Made by a program: the position numbers and the translations under genes. Source: Plasmodiophora brassicae (taxonomy: Eukaryota). From it: a stretch of DNA of 64,000 nt. The notes beneath the pieces were generated by a model, which was given only the letters and a program-made list of their open reading frames with translations, did no database searches and was not told the DNA's origin. Positions 11,746 to 24,500 of this stretch are shown piece by piece. The stretch is taken from contig CP145419.1 of the NCBI GenBank assembly GCA_036867785.1, forward strand, positions 496,001 through 560,000. The letters are read 5' to 3'. Each line of letters starts with the position of its first letter. Positions within the stretch are counted from its first letter, which is position 1.

Positions 11746-12012
11746 GCTTTGGCGAGTCGTTTCTGGTGCGAGTAGAGCGCGGCTCGGGCGCGCCCACGCA
11801 AGGAATGTGTTGGCCTTGCCGCCGAACCTTGGCGGGCTGCGGGCCGTGGATAGGCGCACGCTGGGCCCTGACCTCGTTGACGAAGCCGCCGACGAACGCG
11901 CCAGCAGCCGTTGCCAGTTCTCTTCCTCGATCGCAGCTGTGAGTTGACTCGCCGACATATACTCGATGTCGTCCTCCGTCTGGACCGTGCTACGTGTTTC
12001 GTCTCGAGCCAT
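11440..12012 (-). mobile_element. Degenerate LTR-retrotransposon gag-like remnant with a frameshift near 11648
   Basis: PPRFGGKANTFLAW (gag N-terminal P.F.G....W type), then ECWRAL.. / FDPS.., and ILGIKQEPDESAMAFVNR (gag L..LKQ...ES...Y/F..R type). No pol or LTR seen. Confidence 0.5.
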
Positions 12013-12287
12013 CGCAAATACGACTGTTAATCTGATGATCGCAATAACGAAAGTGTTTTATTGTGTGAGCCGTCGAGCGGGCGACATGACGTGGACGGTA
12101 CCTCTGATCGTGGGGAGGGGTGGAGAGGAGGTTTTCCGCCCCGCACATCGGCAGGGATATGGCTTCGCGGAGAAGTCGATGCGACGGTTTGGAGCTCATT
12201 GGGCGCAACTGGCGCGTCCGGAAGAAGAGCATATCTCCAAGCCCAACTGACTCGTTTGCCAGTTTTACCATTCGATGACAGGGGAGC

Positions 12288-13130
12288 TTGCAGGGTGCGC
12301 TGAGCGTCACGTTCATGTACCAGTCGATGCGCGCAGTCCGTGGCGGCGTCCGTGCGGATCCTTGCGGAGTTCGTCCTGATCACCACCCGATGGGTGTTGC
12401 TCTTGACAGCACGACACTTGCTGCCGACATCCAATTGTCGGCAACGACGCTCGGTCTGCCTGTAGAATTCCATGCCGAATGTATTTCCGCGTTCGCCGAT
12501 CTACTTGATGTTGTTAAGGATCACCCGTTTCGGGTTATTCTGCCGCGTCCAAGGCTGGATGCATCGATTGCCTGCTCCGTTGTTGCCATCGCCAGACGCC
12601 ACAGTCTCCCTATCTCATTGTTAGACGCGTCGGCCAGACTTGGAATCGATATCCAAGTCCTCAATCAGGCATTTCACCATTTTGCAACATTGTCATCGGC
12701 GCCCATTGGTCCGGAACGTCCTGCAACATTCCTTCCCCGTGCGCTATCTTCGCTAGGGCTCCCTAGCGAATCCCCGGTAAAGAGGATTGCCATAATGCTG
12801 ATCGATTTGGCATATCGAGAATGGACTGCCGCCTGTAGGCCAGGTCCAGGTCTCGCTGGAGCGGCTGTCACGCTTGCATGGCGAGGTTTGCATCGTCGGC
12901 CGCTTCCTCGACCGGCAGGTGCAAAGATCGAATCTGAACTCAAGCTCACGTTCAGCAACGAGATCGACGCCATTCTAGTCGCGTGTGCGCGGCTAGCATG
13001 CCACCTCCCATTTGATGTCCCGTTCACTACCGAGTCTCTGGACATGTACCTTCCCGAGCTGATCTCGTGCATCCCACAGCTCATTGACGTAACGTGCATC
13101 AATCGTGCAGTGAACGCGTCGTTGTTCTAA
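12288..13130 (+). CDS. Divergent TFIIB/BRF-family protein with two cyclin-fold repeats; start uncertain
   Basis: DASIACSVVAIARRHSLPISLLD...LGIDIQVL...PERPATFLPRALSSL...V.RIAIMLIDLAYREWTAACRPGPGLAGAAV resembles the BRF1 core (AACLY..CR, DP..YI.RF, RDW..TGRRP.GLCGAAL). Confidence 0.6.
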   Translation: MQGALSVTFMYQSMRAVRGGVRADPCGVRPDHHPMGVALDSTTLAADIQLSATTLGLPVEFHAECISAFADLLDVVKDHPFRVILPRPRLDASIACSVVAIARRHSLPISLLDASARLGIDIQVLNQAFHHFATLSSAPIGPERPATFLPRALSSLGLPSESPVKRIAIMLIDLAYREWTAACRPGPGLAGAAVTLAWRGLHRRPLPRPAGAKIESELKLTFSNEIDAILVACARLACHLPFDVPFTTESLDMYLPELISCIPQLIDVTCINRAVNASLF

Positions 13131-13145
13131 CTCGTTGCTGTGCCT

Positions 13146-14279
13146 TCAGATAGACGAATGTGAACCATGCGATCTTCGAGACTGCGGGCCACTGATCACC
13201 AAGGACGCCATTGTCCGCATCGACAGATGCAAGAGTGTCGTCAGGGCGTGCGCTCGGCTACGCGGCACTGTCGCATTCGATGCGGACTGCCTTGGCGTCG
13301 ACCTAGACGACGGCGCGCTAGTCGAAGCCGTGGGACCCAGCAAACCTATAGACGACGTCGTCGAAGGGCTCCTTCGCAAGGCAGTCCCGATTTGGTCCAT
13401 CGTCGACGGCGACTACCATGTCGCAGGTTGATTGTAAAATATGTATTGGACCGCTACCGGTTGCCATTGCTGTGTGCGTGTTCGTCATATCCCGTACTGA
13501 TGTGCTCGCCTGCCCGGCAGACAGCGCAAGAAACAGTACAGCGCCCATCTTTACTCACAGATGCCGATGCTGGACACGTCGCAGGTGTCCAGCTTCCCGC
13601 TCTGCACCATGCGGAACAGGTCGGCGAACGACGGCCAGTTGTCGATCAGCTCGGACTGCAGGAGACGAGGTGGTCAGCGGGCATCGCGCGGCATTGGCAG
13701 TGACGGGAACCCCGGCACCTGTTCAATTGCGTCCGGGTCCCTGGGTGAAACGGCGCTGATCAACGCGCTCCTGATGACCTGCCGAATCGGGTCCGACCCG
13801 CTGATATCGGTCACGCTGTACTTCCTGTCGAACTCCAGGTTGCACTCATCCGGCGTCATCGTTGGCGATTTCGCTGTCAATGGGATGAGGACCATGCCAA
13901 TGCCCAACACGTATCGACAGTATTCGTATACAGATAAGGCGACGCGCGAAGATGGGCCGCATGATGTTAACTGTGGTCGATGCGTCAGATATCGTCAGCG
14001 GATACTGACGACCGGATCAGACTCAGCGTTTCTGCACAGTCGTGCACGAAGCGATCGAAGCCGTCCCCAGTCAGGCGGCCGGTGCCTTTAGGGTCGTACT
14101 CGGCCCATATCTTCTCCAGCGTCCTCTCGTCCAGGTCGTACATACGAGGAAGACTGGCGCTCAGGAAGTTGCATCGGAACCCTGACACGGGGAACCTTAA
14201 CGGGCCGCCCTGCTCCACCAGTACAGCACCGGGAACCTTCTCTTTGCAGACGCTTCTTCTTCCAGAACCGGGCTCTCAT
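13146..14279 (-). CDS. Multi-exon hypothetical protein with one degenerate EF-hand-like loop; 3' end approximate
   Basis: MRARFWKKKRLQRE / ...LEKIWAEYDPKGTGRLTGDGFDRFV; successive exons can be joined by GT-AG introns. Confidence 0.45.
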
Positions 14280-14494
14280 TCTATAGGTACGTGTCGATGC
14301 GACCACCGACTCGACAACACGTGCCGCCCTGCCTGTCAGACGTCACAGCGTCCAGGTGGGTCACCGCTTAACAGACCCGTGCGGCCTCTTCATGTTTGTA
14401 CAATTGTGAACGTGATGTCATCTACCGCCGATGTATTGTTGAGCACCCAATGAAGAGAGAGCCTCAGAGAGACGACGTGCCGGCTCGATAACCG

Positions 14495-17400
14495 TCACCC
14501 GCCTTGCTGTACTTGGATGTCCTCCATCTCCACGGCCGTCGGCGCGATATGCATTCGGGACGCGACACGAAGCGCCGCCTTGCAGATGACCACCTTGGTG
14601 ACTGTATGACACGGTCAGGCGTCTATGGACATGCAGAAGACGGGGGACCGTGTACGGTCTTGGATTAGGAAGACGACGATGGAGAAGACCCATACGAAGA
14701 CGATGGGCTGCCAACCGAGCGGGCTGCCCCCGATGCCGAACGGCCAGGTCGCTGAGAAGATTGTCGACAGCGACAAGGCGAGCACGGCGGCCAGCGCCAG
14801 CGGTACCCTGTAGCAATGCAATGAAGAGGCAGGCCCAGTCTGCATTGTGCGGCTCCTACCCTGGCAGGCTCGTGTAGAACGGTTCCGCTCCCGTACGGGC
14901 GGCGAATATGGATAAGTAGTCAGAGATACTGATCTTCACTGACAGGCAGACCGTTACGGTTAGCCGACAACAAGGGTAACCGGAGCAAGCACCTACAGTA
15001 CAACGCGACGACGACGTCCTCGAAAGTCAACGGCGACATGTTCATCATGGAGAACAGTGATCCGGGCCTGGCTCCAGAACTGAGGAACGTGGTGGCCGGT
15101 CAAGACGGGCAAGCGTACCTCCAGGAGTCCAACGCGAAGTACAGCATGAGAACGGAGGAGACGCAGGCGACGGCAGCGATGATGATGGCGAGGCCCCAGA
15201 GTTTGACGGCCACCCAGCTCTGCGGCCGATTCGACGCTGTCGCCCTGTCGTACGCGATGGTGACCATCGTGCCGTCGTTGAGCACGGTGATGATGATCAG
15301 GGCGATGACGGGCATGGTCCAGAATTGGGGGAACTCGGGATGATACGCCTGCGGGCGCAGGACCAGGATGCTGATGAAGAAGAATACAACGAGCTGGAGC
15401 GTCGCCGCGATACGGTACGTCAGGAAGGCGTTCATGCGCGCGAAGATCTGCCTGGCGATCAGCATCGCCTACAGAGCGACAATTAAACCCGGCGTCGACC
15501 CCCGGGCGGCACACGATTTCCAACATGAATGATTGCATTCAGGCCCGGTTTCGTCAGCACGATGTCGGACGCGGCCCTGGCGGCATCAGTGGCGCCAGAC
15601 ACGGCCTGTGGGCGCCATTGTCAACGACAATGAACACAAGGCGGGGGCCGTCCAGGGAACACACAATGCCAACACTGGCGGCCTTCAGCGCAGGGGCGTC
15701 GTTGACGCCGTCGCCGGTCATGCCCACGATCCACCCCGCCTGCTTGAGCGCCTCGACAATGAGGAACTTGTGCTCCGGCAGCGCCGTCGAGAACCCGTCC
15801 TTGGACCTATTCACGGTCACGAAGAGCCTTAGGCGGCCGCGAAACGGGCAACGTGAGCGTACAGGATCATGGCGGCGTAATCGCGGCCGAGCGTCTTGGG
15901 CACCTGCACCTTCTCGCCAGACAGGTCGATGGTCGGCAGGACGCCCTCCTTGCATGGCAGGATGTTCGCGTGGCCCAGCTCCATGGCCTTGGCCGTCTCG
16001 ACGGCAATCAGCTGGTGGTCACCCGTGATCATCTTCACCGCCACGCCGTACTGATTCGCCAGCTTGATCGTGTCTCTCGAATCCGGCCTGGACCGCGGTC
16101 AGTGGCACAACGACTGGCGATTCGAACGGCTGACCGTGGTGGGTCCAGGAACGCCAGCAAGCCTTGCATGTGCCAATCACCGTTCACATCCGTCTTTGCT
16201 ACTGCCAGCGAGCGAACACCACGAGCGGCGAGGTCGTAGACCGACGACTCCACCGCGTTCTGCACGACGCGTCAGGTCGCCCTTCGTAACGTCATCCACC
16301 GAACCGACCTGGATGCGCCCTTTGTCGGGACACATGTCAAGAAGCGTGTGCGGGGCGCCCTTGGCGACTTGGAACACATGTCCTGTGAAACGTGAGTGTT
16401 CGTTTGGCCAGGGGACGTTCACGAGTGCGACCGTGTTGGTCGCGAATCGTTGCCTCCGTGCGTTTGATGGATGCGTCGAACGGGACGTAGTCGATCTGTT
16501 CGAAGGCGTTGCACCTGTCCAGGTCGGCGGCACTGAGGATCTGACCAGGCAAGCATCAGTGCACGAGGTATGGGGCTCGCGGTCGGCAAATGTCGCAACC
16601 ATGGTGTCTATGGCGTCCTTTGGCGGCAGGTTCCATTTCACGGCCAGCGTCGCGTACAGCAAGACGTCGTCCCTGTTGACGTTCGGAACGAACGCCGGGC
16701 ATTCGTGCTGGATGACCATCTTGTTCAGCGTCAGCGTCCCCGTCTTGTCCGAGCAGAGAATGTCCATCCCGGACAGGCGCTCAATAGCCGACAGGTTCGG
16801 CACGATCGCCTTGTACACGCTCAGCCTGGAACGTTCGCAACCAGACAGCTTCCTTACGTACGCTATGGGAGGACAGCTGCCGACTGCCCAACGCCAATGT
16901 CGCAGTGACGACGACCTCCATCGCCACCGGGATCGACGCGACCATCAGCACGACAACGAACCTGCCGCGTGTCACCACTCGTCGGATCCAACAAACAGGG
17001 AGCGCATACGAACTCGATGGACGACTGCAGGTTCATGTGGTTGCCCAGCAGGAAGGCCAGGCAGATGACGCATAGGACGCCGGAGAACGCCAGCAGCACG
17101 AGGACGACAAAGAACAGCATCTTCCGTAGTTCGCCGAGCTCGTTGCCGGTCGCCTGCAACAGCGTCGCCGTCTTCCCGTAGAACGTGTTCTTCCCGGTCT
17201 TGAACACGGTGGCCTCGGCCTCGCCTCGGGTCACCGTCGACCCCATCCGGGCCTGTTCGCCCTCGGGGATCGCCACCGGGTGCGACTCCCCAGTGATGAC
17301 CGATTGATCGACGTGCAGCGACCGGGATTGGACGATGCAGTCGGCGGGGACGGCGGCGCCCTGCCTCAGCAGGATTAGGTCGCCCGGGACGAGCTCGCCT

Positions 17401-18046
17401 GCGTCCACCTCCTGGAACCTGCCATCGCGTTTCGCTTGTGCCGCTACGTACAAGGCGGTCAGTGGAAGCGGAAGGCGTTGATGATCGGTATACTTGGTTT
17501 CAGGGATCCCTTGAGAGCGGCGATCGCGTCACCGGCCTTCTTGGCCTCAGTGAACGCCACGATGCCGTTCGTCATCTGCAGAGCGAACAGAATGCAGGCG
17601 TCGATCCAGTTCTGCAGGGCGAGCTCAATGACGATGGCGATCCAGAGCCCGATGGGCATCGGCGCTGTGAACTGCTCGACGAACAGTTTCCAGTCCGGTT
17701 TCGTGGGCTCGCCGATCTCGTTGCGGCCAAACTTCCCGAGAAGAGCCTGGGCCTGCGCCGTTGATAGGCCTTCCGACCTGATGGGGAGCTCTTCACCCGT
17801 CTTCATGAACGACGGCAGGCGGTGCTTGACGGCACGGCCGGAATGGAACAGGTCGCGAATATCGTCGTCTTCGGCGACCCGATCGCGTAGGAAACCGGCG
17901 TGCTCTTCATCGACCTGCGACCTGGTGCGCTCCAGCATCTCATGGCCGGGAACCGCGCCCGCTTCCGCCGGCAACACGATATAACTCGAGGAACCATGTC
18001 GCACCCGGTAGAGAACGACTTCGTCCTCGTTGCTGTCGTCCGCCAT
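14495..18046 (-). CDS. PMA1: Plasma-membrane P-type (P3A) H+-ATPase, many introns
   Basis: [97 protein letters not shown]. Confidence 0.95.
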
Positions 18047-18544
18047 CGGAGTTCGCGGCCGGAGGTTTCTGACGTGTGCACAGCAACCGCGGCCATTTCC
18101 ATGAATATCGAAGCTATCCGCCGAAGCGTCCCGGCCCCGCGGACACCATGGACATCCTGTCTCCTGATGCGTTCGTACGGGATGGCGTCGCCCCCTGTAG
18201 CAGCAGGTAGTCGACTGCGTCATGACTCATGAGGGGTCCGGAAATACACCCTCCCAGTCGCCCGTCCCGGTGCTGGCACGTTGCTCGGCTGTAGCGCGCC
18301 CGCGCCTGCGCGTCATTTTGCGGCACACAGGTCATCGACCGGACCGGGGACGCGCGTTACAATTCGGTGTGTGCAGGAAGTGCCACCGCCGCCCCCGGGG
18401 GCACAAACCATTGTACAGATCGGCGCCGACGTGGTCTGGACATCCGGTCCGGTAGGCGTGACCCACTCATCCAACCCCCACGGCACGACTTGGCCCGCGC
18501 CGCTCCCCATCTGTAGCCGGTCGTCATCGTGGATGTCATCGTAG

Positions 18545-21500
18545 ATGCTGCGGGCCGTGCGACGTCGGGTCGCCGTGTACAGGGTCTATCGGCAGTCGCG
18601 CGGCTTATGGGACGCGTATGCGGCACAGTCGTCGGGCAAGGCAGCGACGACGACGACGACGACGACGGGCACCGCGTCCGTGCCGCCGGATGCGGTTCAA
18701 TTGCTCGATGCATTCCTGTTGGATTTCTTGGCGTCGTTCGATAGGTTGAATCAACCTCGCCTGCTGCACCGCATATATGGCGATTCTTTCCTGCCGAGTG
18801 TCCTGGAGGCGCTGATTCTGTTTGTGTCTCAGAATGGGTCGTCAAGCGATACCCGCGAAGTTGTCGAGCGCGCTCTATCCGTCAGCGTCCTCATTCTGCA
18901 GGATCCGATTCACAGCTCGCAGGCGGCGCTTAACTCCACTCTCATTGGACGTATTCTATCGTTGCTGGAAACGGTGTCCGATAAGGCCCTGCAAGGCCTC
19001 GTCTTGCAGATCATCACCGGCTTGTGCACCAACCCTGAATCTCGGCTGGAAATTGCACGGCTCGATGGGTTTCGGAAAATGCTCATCCTGCTTGGCAGTG
19101 GTGACGACGACCTTAGCCATCAGATCCTGCGTACACTTCGTGTATTCCTTGATGCCGAGTCCGACAATCAGAGCATTCTCGAGAAGGCTGCTCTGCAATT
19201 CCCGAATGACAATGCTGAAGATGCAGACACTGCCAGCCAGCTCGTTGGCCGGCTACAATCGAACGATCGGAACGTGTCTTCGGTGGAAAGTGCATCTGCT
19301 AAGGCAAACAACGCAAACTCTCAGAGTCGGCCTGGGACGTGGTCCCGCTCACGTACTCGTGATGCACAGGACGCTGACCATAAGCGGCCTTCGCTGACAA
19401 GGTCGAAATCGCTGATCAATCTGAACCTTACAAACTTGGTCCGTTTCCCTGCTGAGCTGGGCATGATTGCACTGCATGGCGTTCGTGGCGGTAGCTGGAA
19501 AGAGGCCGAACAGCTCGAAGCATTGTCCAGCGAATGGCCGCAGTCCCTCCCCAGTTATGCCATTCATTCGCCGCCATTGCGGGTCGACATCGAACAGCAG
19601 GTCGCGCGTCTTTCACAACTTCGAAATGACACATCGAGTGGGACGTCGTCCGCGCCATCGGTTCGTATTATGATGACGACGCAGGGTGCCTTGGAGCACC
19701 TTACAAAATCTCTTGCTGATGCCCCTGTCTTGATGCAACTTGAATTGCTGCGGACGATCTCCAAATTGTTGCTTAGAAACGTGGCGACGCAACGCGAATT
19801 TACCCGAATTCAGGGATATTCATCTTTGTCGCGCTTGCTGTCTCAGGTTGAGAAGCAAGCAGGTGAAACGTCGGTTTCTAGATTCTTGGCAATCATTGTA
19901 TGCATGGTGCTTGATGGTAAGACGCGGCTCTTCCCTTCCGTTATTGACAGTTCGTCTCAATGTCTCGTTTGTAGGCCACCCAGACCATCTGATCACCAAC
20001 GTGATTGCATTTCAGTGGATGATGTCCCTTGTTATCTCGCCTGGCTGTGATCCTCTCGCAGCAATTGGGCCTGCCGTTACATCTGCCGCTATCTTGTCGC
20101 TGACTGATGTCGTTGCGTTAAATCCTCTCAATGCCGTGGCGTTTATGGACTATGTTCCACTACTGATGACGGCGCGAAATACTCTCCGACTAGCAACTCT
20201 CGATGAATTACTGCTACAAATCGGCTATGCCCTTGTGTTGCATAACAGCAACGTCCTGCAGGAGTTCGTAACTGTGTTTGATGGCGACAGCCAGTTTGAT
20301 AACGCTTCCCACAAAGTTATTTTGAAGCTCTTGCTTCAGAGTCGAGATTGCCGTGCTCCTCGTTCGCCGTGCATGCCCACTCTGATCGGAGCGATTGGCC
20401 GGTTGACGCATCACCTTTCTCATGGTGATTTGGAAGGTCCGATGTTCCCCACACTTCTTCATCTGCTGTGGCTTGCGGCAGTTAATGGCGGTTCCTTCAC
20501 CACTGATGACGAACGCGTTCTTGATCAGCTGCCATCCTCTCTTGATCTTGACGAAGCATTAGACCTGTTGTTTGTCATCATATCGCGGGGGTTGCCCGCA
20601 TCTGTAATCGGCCTTCCGTTCAAATTACTTGGGTTCCTGACGCAAACATCTGCAGTTTACTCCAGTCAAACGGCGTCACGTCACGGTCAACATGCCGATC
20701 GCGAGCAGTTCAACAACAGTGGATTTCGGTTGCTTCTGCGGCTTCTGAGGGATCACCCGTTTGAGGTCCTAAAGGTTCTGTCAGGTCTCCTCTGTGGGCA
20801 ATTTCAGACAGAGTCGGGTACCGCTATCGAAATCCGGACATGGTTACAGCATGAATTCAATGCATGCGGAGGAATTTCCGAGCTCGTTGAAGTGCTTCTC
20901 AACGAACCTACCGCTTCCGATGAGGATCTCGTGTGCTGTCTTCTGTTCGCTCTTCAGTGCGCTATTGCTGGGTGCCCGGAGTGCAAACTGTCCCTTGAGC
21001 AAGAGATTAGGTCAACATCAAATTGGTCTAAGCTGGTTTCATCATCTTCACGTGCCAGTTCATATTTATTCGACTTGGTGCTGGAACTTGCCACGGAAAT
21101 TGCCCTGCCTGATACGGAAGCTTGCCACACGCATCATCCAGTTGGTTCAGAATGCCTTGAACGAACGCCTTCACGTTTGACATGGACGCCTAACGATTTC
21201 GACGTATCTGCCTTGAATATGGACAAGACACACACAGCTTCGCCGATATTTGGGCCGGTGTCCTGTAGGGAGTTGTGGGCATTGTTATGCGAGGATCTTG
21301 ATGGGTTAAGACCTACATCACCTGTGCACGGCCATCCAACAGAACCTCGTGGTGCGTCGTTACCTCCGTTTTCTAATGGGGACAGACAGGTCGGTCACAT
21401 TAGTCCTTCGCGCGACCATTCCCGCGAACGGATTTCACGAATGAAACGGATGCTCAGGCCGAAAACGAACGCACCGTTATTATGCCTTCAGCTTTGTGCT

Positions 21501-24500
21501 TCATCAAGGGATGGGACGGTGCAGGCCTCTGTCCTGAACCATATCCTCTCTCTTATACGGGGCAACCCAACAAATAAGAAGGTCCTCAGCGAGCTCGACG
21601 CTGTGTCTTTGTTGTTGCAAACCTGGAGATCGTTCCGACTGGACATTGTCGACGTTCGCATCTCGTTCTTGTCGCTGCTGGCAGGGCTTGGTCGGTATTC
21701 CATATCGCCTCAACAAATCCGGCTGATGTTCGATTTGGCAACGGAAGCGATGATGAATACTCATCCACCAGAATACGATGACACCTTGCAAATGCAAATT
21801 CTTGATGTCATTGCCAGTCTGGCGTCCCGACGTCATCCGGAACAATACTTCAATTTCAACCTCGCTCTGCCAACCGTTCGTTCATCATCGATTATATCCT
21901 CAACTGTATCTCGGTTTCCACTATCCAAGGTCGGCTACACGTTGGTGCTCTGGTTCAGACTAAGCGACTTCGTCGCGGAAGAAACCATTCTGTTTACTTG
22001 GATGCAAGGTGACGCCGCGTTGTTTGAGGTGTTGTTTAAACTGACGCCGCGAGAACGTGCAATGGATAATCGGTCGCTATGCATTCGTGCTGGCAACCAC
22101 GGCACCTTCATGTTCGACCACTCGAGGTCCAACACAGTGGTGCCGTCTGTTTGGCATCATATTGCACTTACCCATAGTCGTTCTGGAGCTACGATTGTTC
22201 TGGACGGTGACACCATAGGGCGGTTTGCTACAATTGGATACCCTTCGGTTGCATCCAAGCGCGATTTGCTTCACGCCTGGGTTGGTGGTCCGAACTTCGT
22301 GGGACAATTTTCCCCAGTTTACGTCCTCGATGGTATTCTCGATGAGGTATCAATTCGTGCACTGTACTCCCTGGGTACATTGGGGGCACTTCCCTCAGTT
22401 TATGAATCTAAATGCGTACTTCGAGTTCATCCTGAGGATGCTGCTTCCCCTGAATTGACTCGTTTGTCTTCGTCTGTTTCTGTTGACGCTGCGACTGTTC
22501 GCGCACGTGTTGCCTCTCTTTCTCCTTCCCCACCGCCGTCAACAGCCGCGCCAACGTCGCTCTCTAACATCGTTTCCCCGGCGACAACGTTTGGTTTTGT
22601 TGAATCGACTTCTATATCTGCAGTCCTAACGCGCTCGCAATCATCATCATTGCCCTTATCTTCAACGAACTCGTCTGCAGTGAACTCTAGCGGCAGCTTG
22701 AGCATCCCTCCACAGGTCAGCACTCATCTAACTCTGTCAATCCGATCGGCGATGAACTGTCCTGGAGTTGGTGGTCTTTTCATGTGCATTCCTTTCATCG
22801 GTGCTGTTCGCCCGGGCAACAATGGGTCGCGATTAGCGGCGCTTCGCATTTTGGCGGCTCTGCTGGACAGGTCCCCTGCATCTGTTACCCAGTTTGAATC
22901 CGAGCTTGGCTTCGAAATTTTACTGCATTGTCTTGGCCCTGCTCACCTCTCAATGGACATTCTTGGTACAATTCTTGATATGGCTTGTGGGCGTGGCTGT
23001 GGTGCGCCTCGTCAGCAGTTGCAAGTTCGTCCAGCTCTGCTGCTTCTGTTTGATCTGCTGCGGCACAGCACGGGCCCGCGTACCAGGAACAAGGTCATGT
23101 CAGCAACTGCCGATCTGCTCCGGGATGAAGACAGTAGCGGTTTGCTTGATACTTGGTTTGGGGCCTCGGGCGTGGTTGATTTGCTTGAAATGTTGCGCCT
23201 GGCATCTCGAACAGATGACACGCTGCATCGGTCCGCCCACGAGGCATCGGTCCCACTTCTCTCGTCTGTGTTGTCGATTCTTGAACAAATACTGCTGACT
23301 TGTTCTGGCACCGTCGAACTGGAGATTATTCTGTCCTTCATTATCGACAACACCCCTGCTGAACCGCTTCTTGAAGAACGTGCCGCGCTGGCGGAATTGC
23401 TTTGCCAGTGCTTCCAAGCACGGGAATCGTTGCTCGCGTCAGTACCGATTTCGCTCCTGTTTCCTATGCTTGCGTCTTCGTCCCGTACGCTTCGTCTTCA
23501 CAGTATTCATGTGCTGGCGCTCCTATTCAGACACCATGCTCGAAATAAGGCTACTTTCCTGAAGATGCACGGCTTTGACATCATGCTGCGTTTGCTCGCG
23601 AAACATCAGCCTCTGGATGAAGCAACGTGCGATGCCATTTTCGACCTCGCTCTTGACCGTTTTCGTATGCCAGTGCGCCCTGCATCTCCTTCAGTGTCGC
23701 CAAAGCGTTCAAGGGTCTCCAATTTGGAAGAGGCACCTACAGTCCTTCATCACCCAGAAGCAATTCGACTGCTTCTAGAGCTTCTTCGTTTGGCCAGTAG
23801 TTGGCACACGCTTCATCTGAGATATATCGAACGGATCGATGTTTTGATTGAGTCGCGAAGCAATTTGAACGTTCTTCTCCAAGAGCCTTGGTTACATTGG
23901 GCGCGACAGTATCTCGAGGGCATTGGCCGCCATCACTCGCTCGAGCAAGCATCCACTGGACTATCCGCGTCGTTCAGCAAGATCAAGGGGGACCTCCTTA
24001 ATTTCCCAGACAACGAATCGGTCTCATCATCCAGCGCCGTTTCCTCGCGTGGTGGAGGCGTCCGTTCGGATGATGGATCCGGAGAACGCATGCGGTCCCG
24101 GTTAATATCAAGGTTCGTTCGCGTAATCCAGAAGATCCTTGTGCGTGATCTGTCCTGGCATGCTGGGCGTCAGTCGTGCCTGACGACGTTGCTGACGATG
24201 GTGGAAGCCACTGAATTTATCGTTCTCCTTATTGACCGCGCTCTGGCGTTCTTCGAAAAGTGCCCTCGCATTGACGATGCTGATGCAACCTGCTTGCTTC
24301 GAAACCTCTCTAGGCTGTTCGAGTCCATCGATGAACTCGTTGGCCCTGGGAAATGGTCAATCAGACTTATCCATCTGATCAACCTCTTGGCATCGCAGAA
24401 CACCAGCGACGTTCGCACACGAATGAAGCAAGTTGGCATGTTCGATATGCGTGACCATTTGCTACTCTTGTTTTGTCAGCAGCCATGCTCCCCTGCTGAC

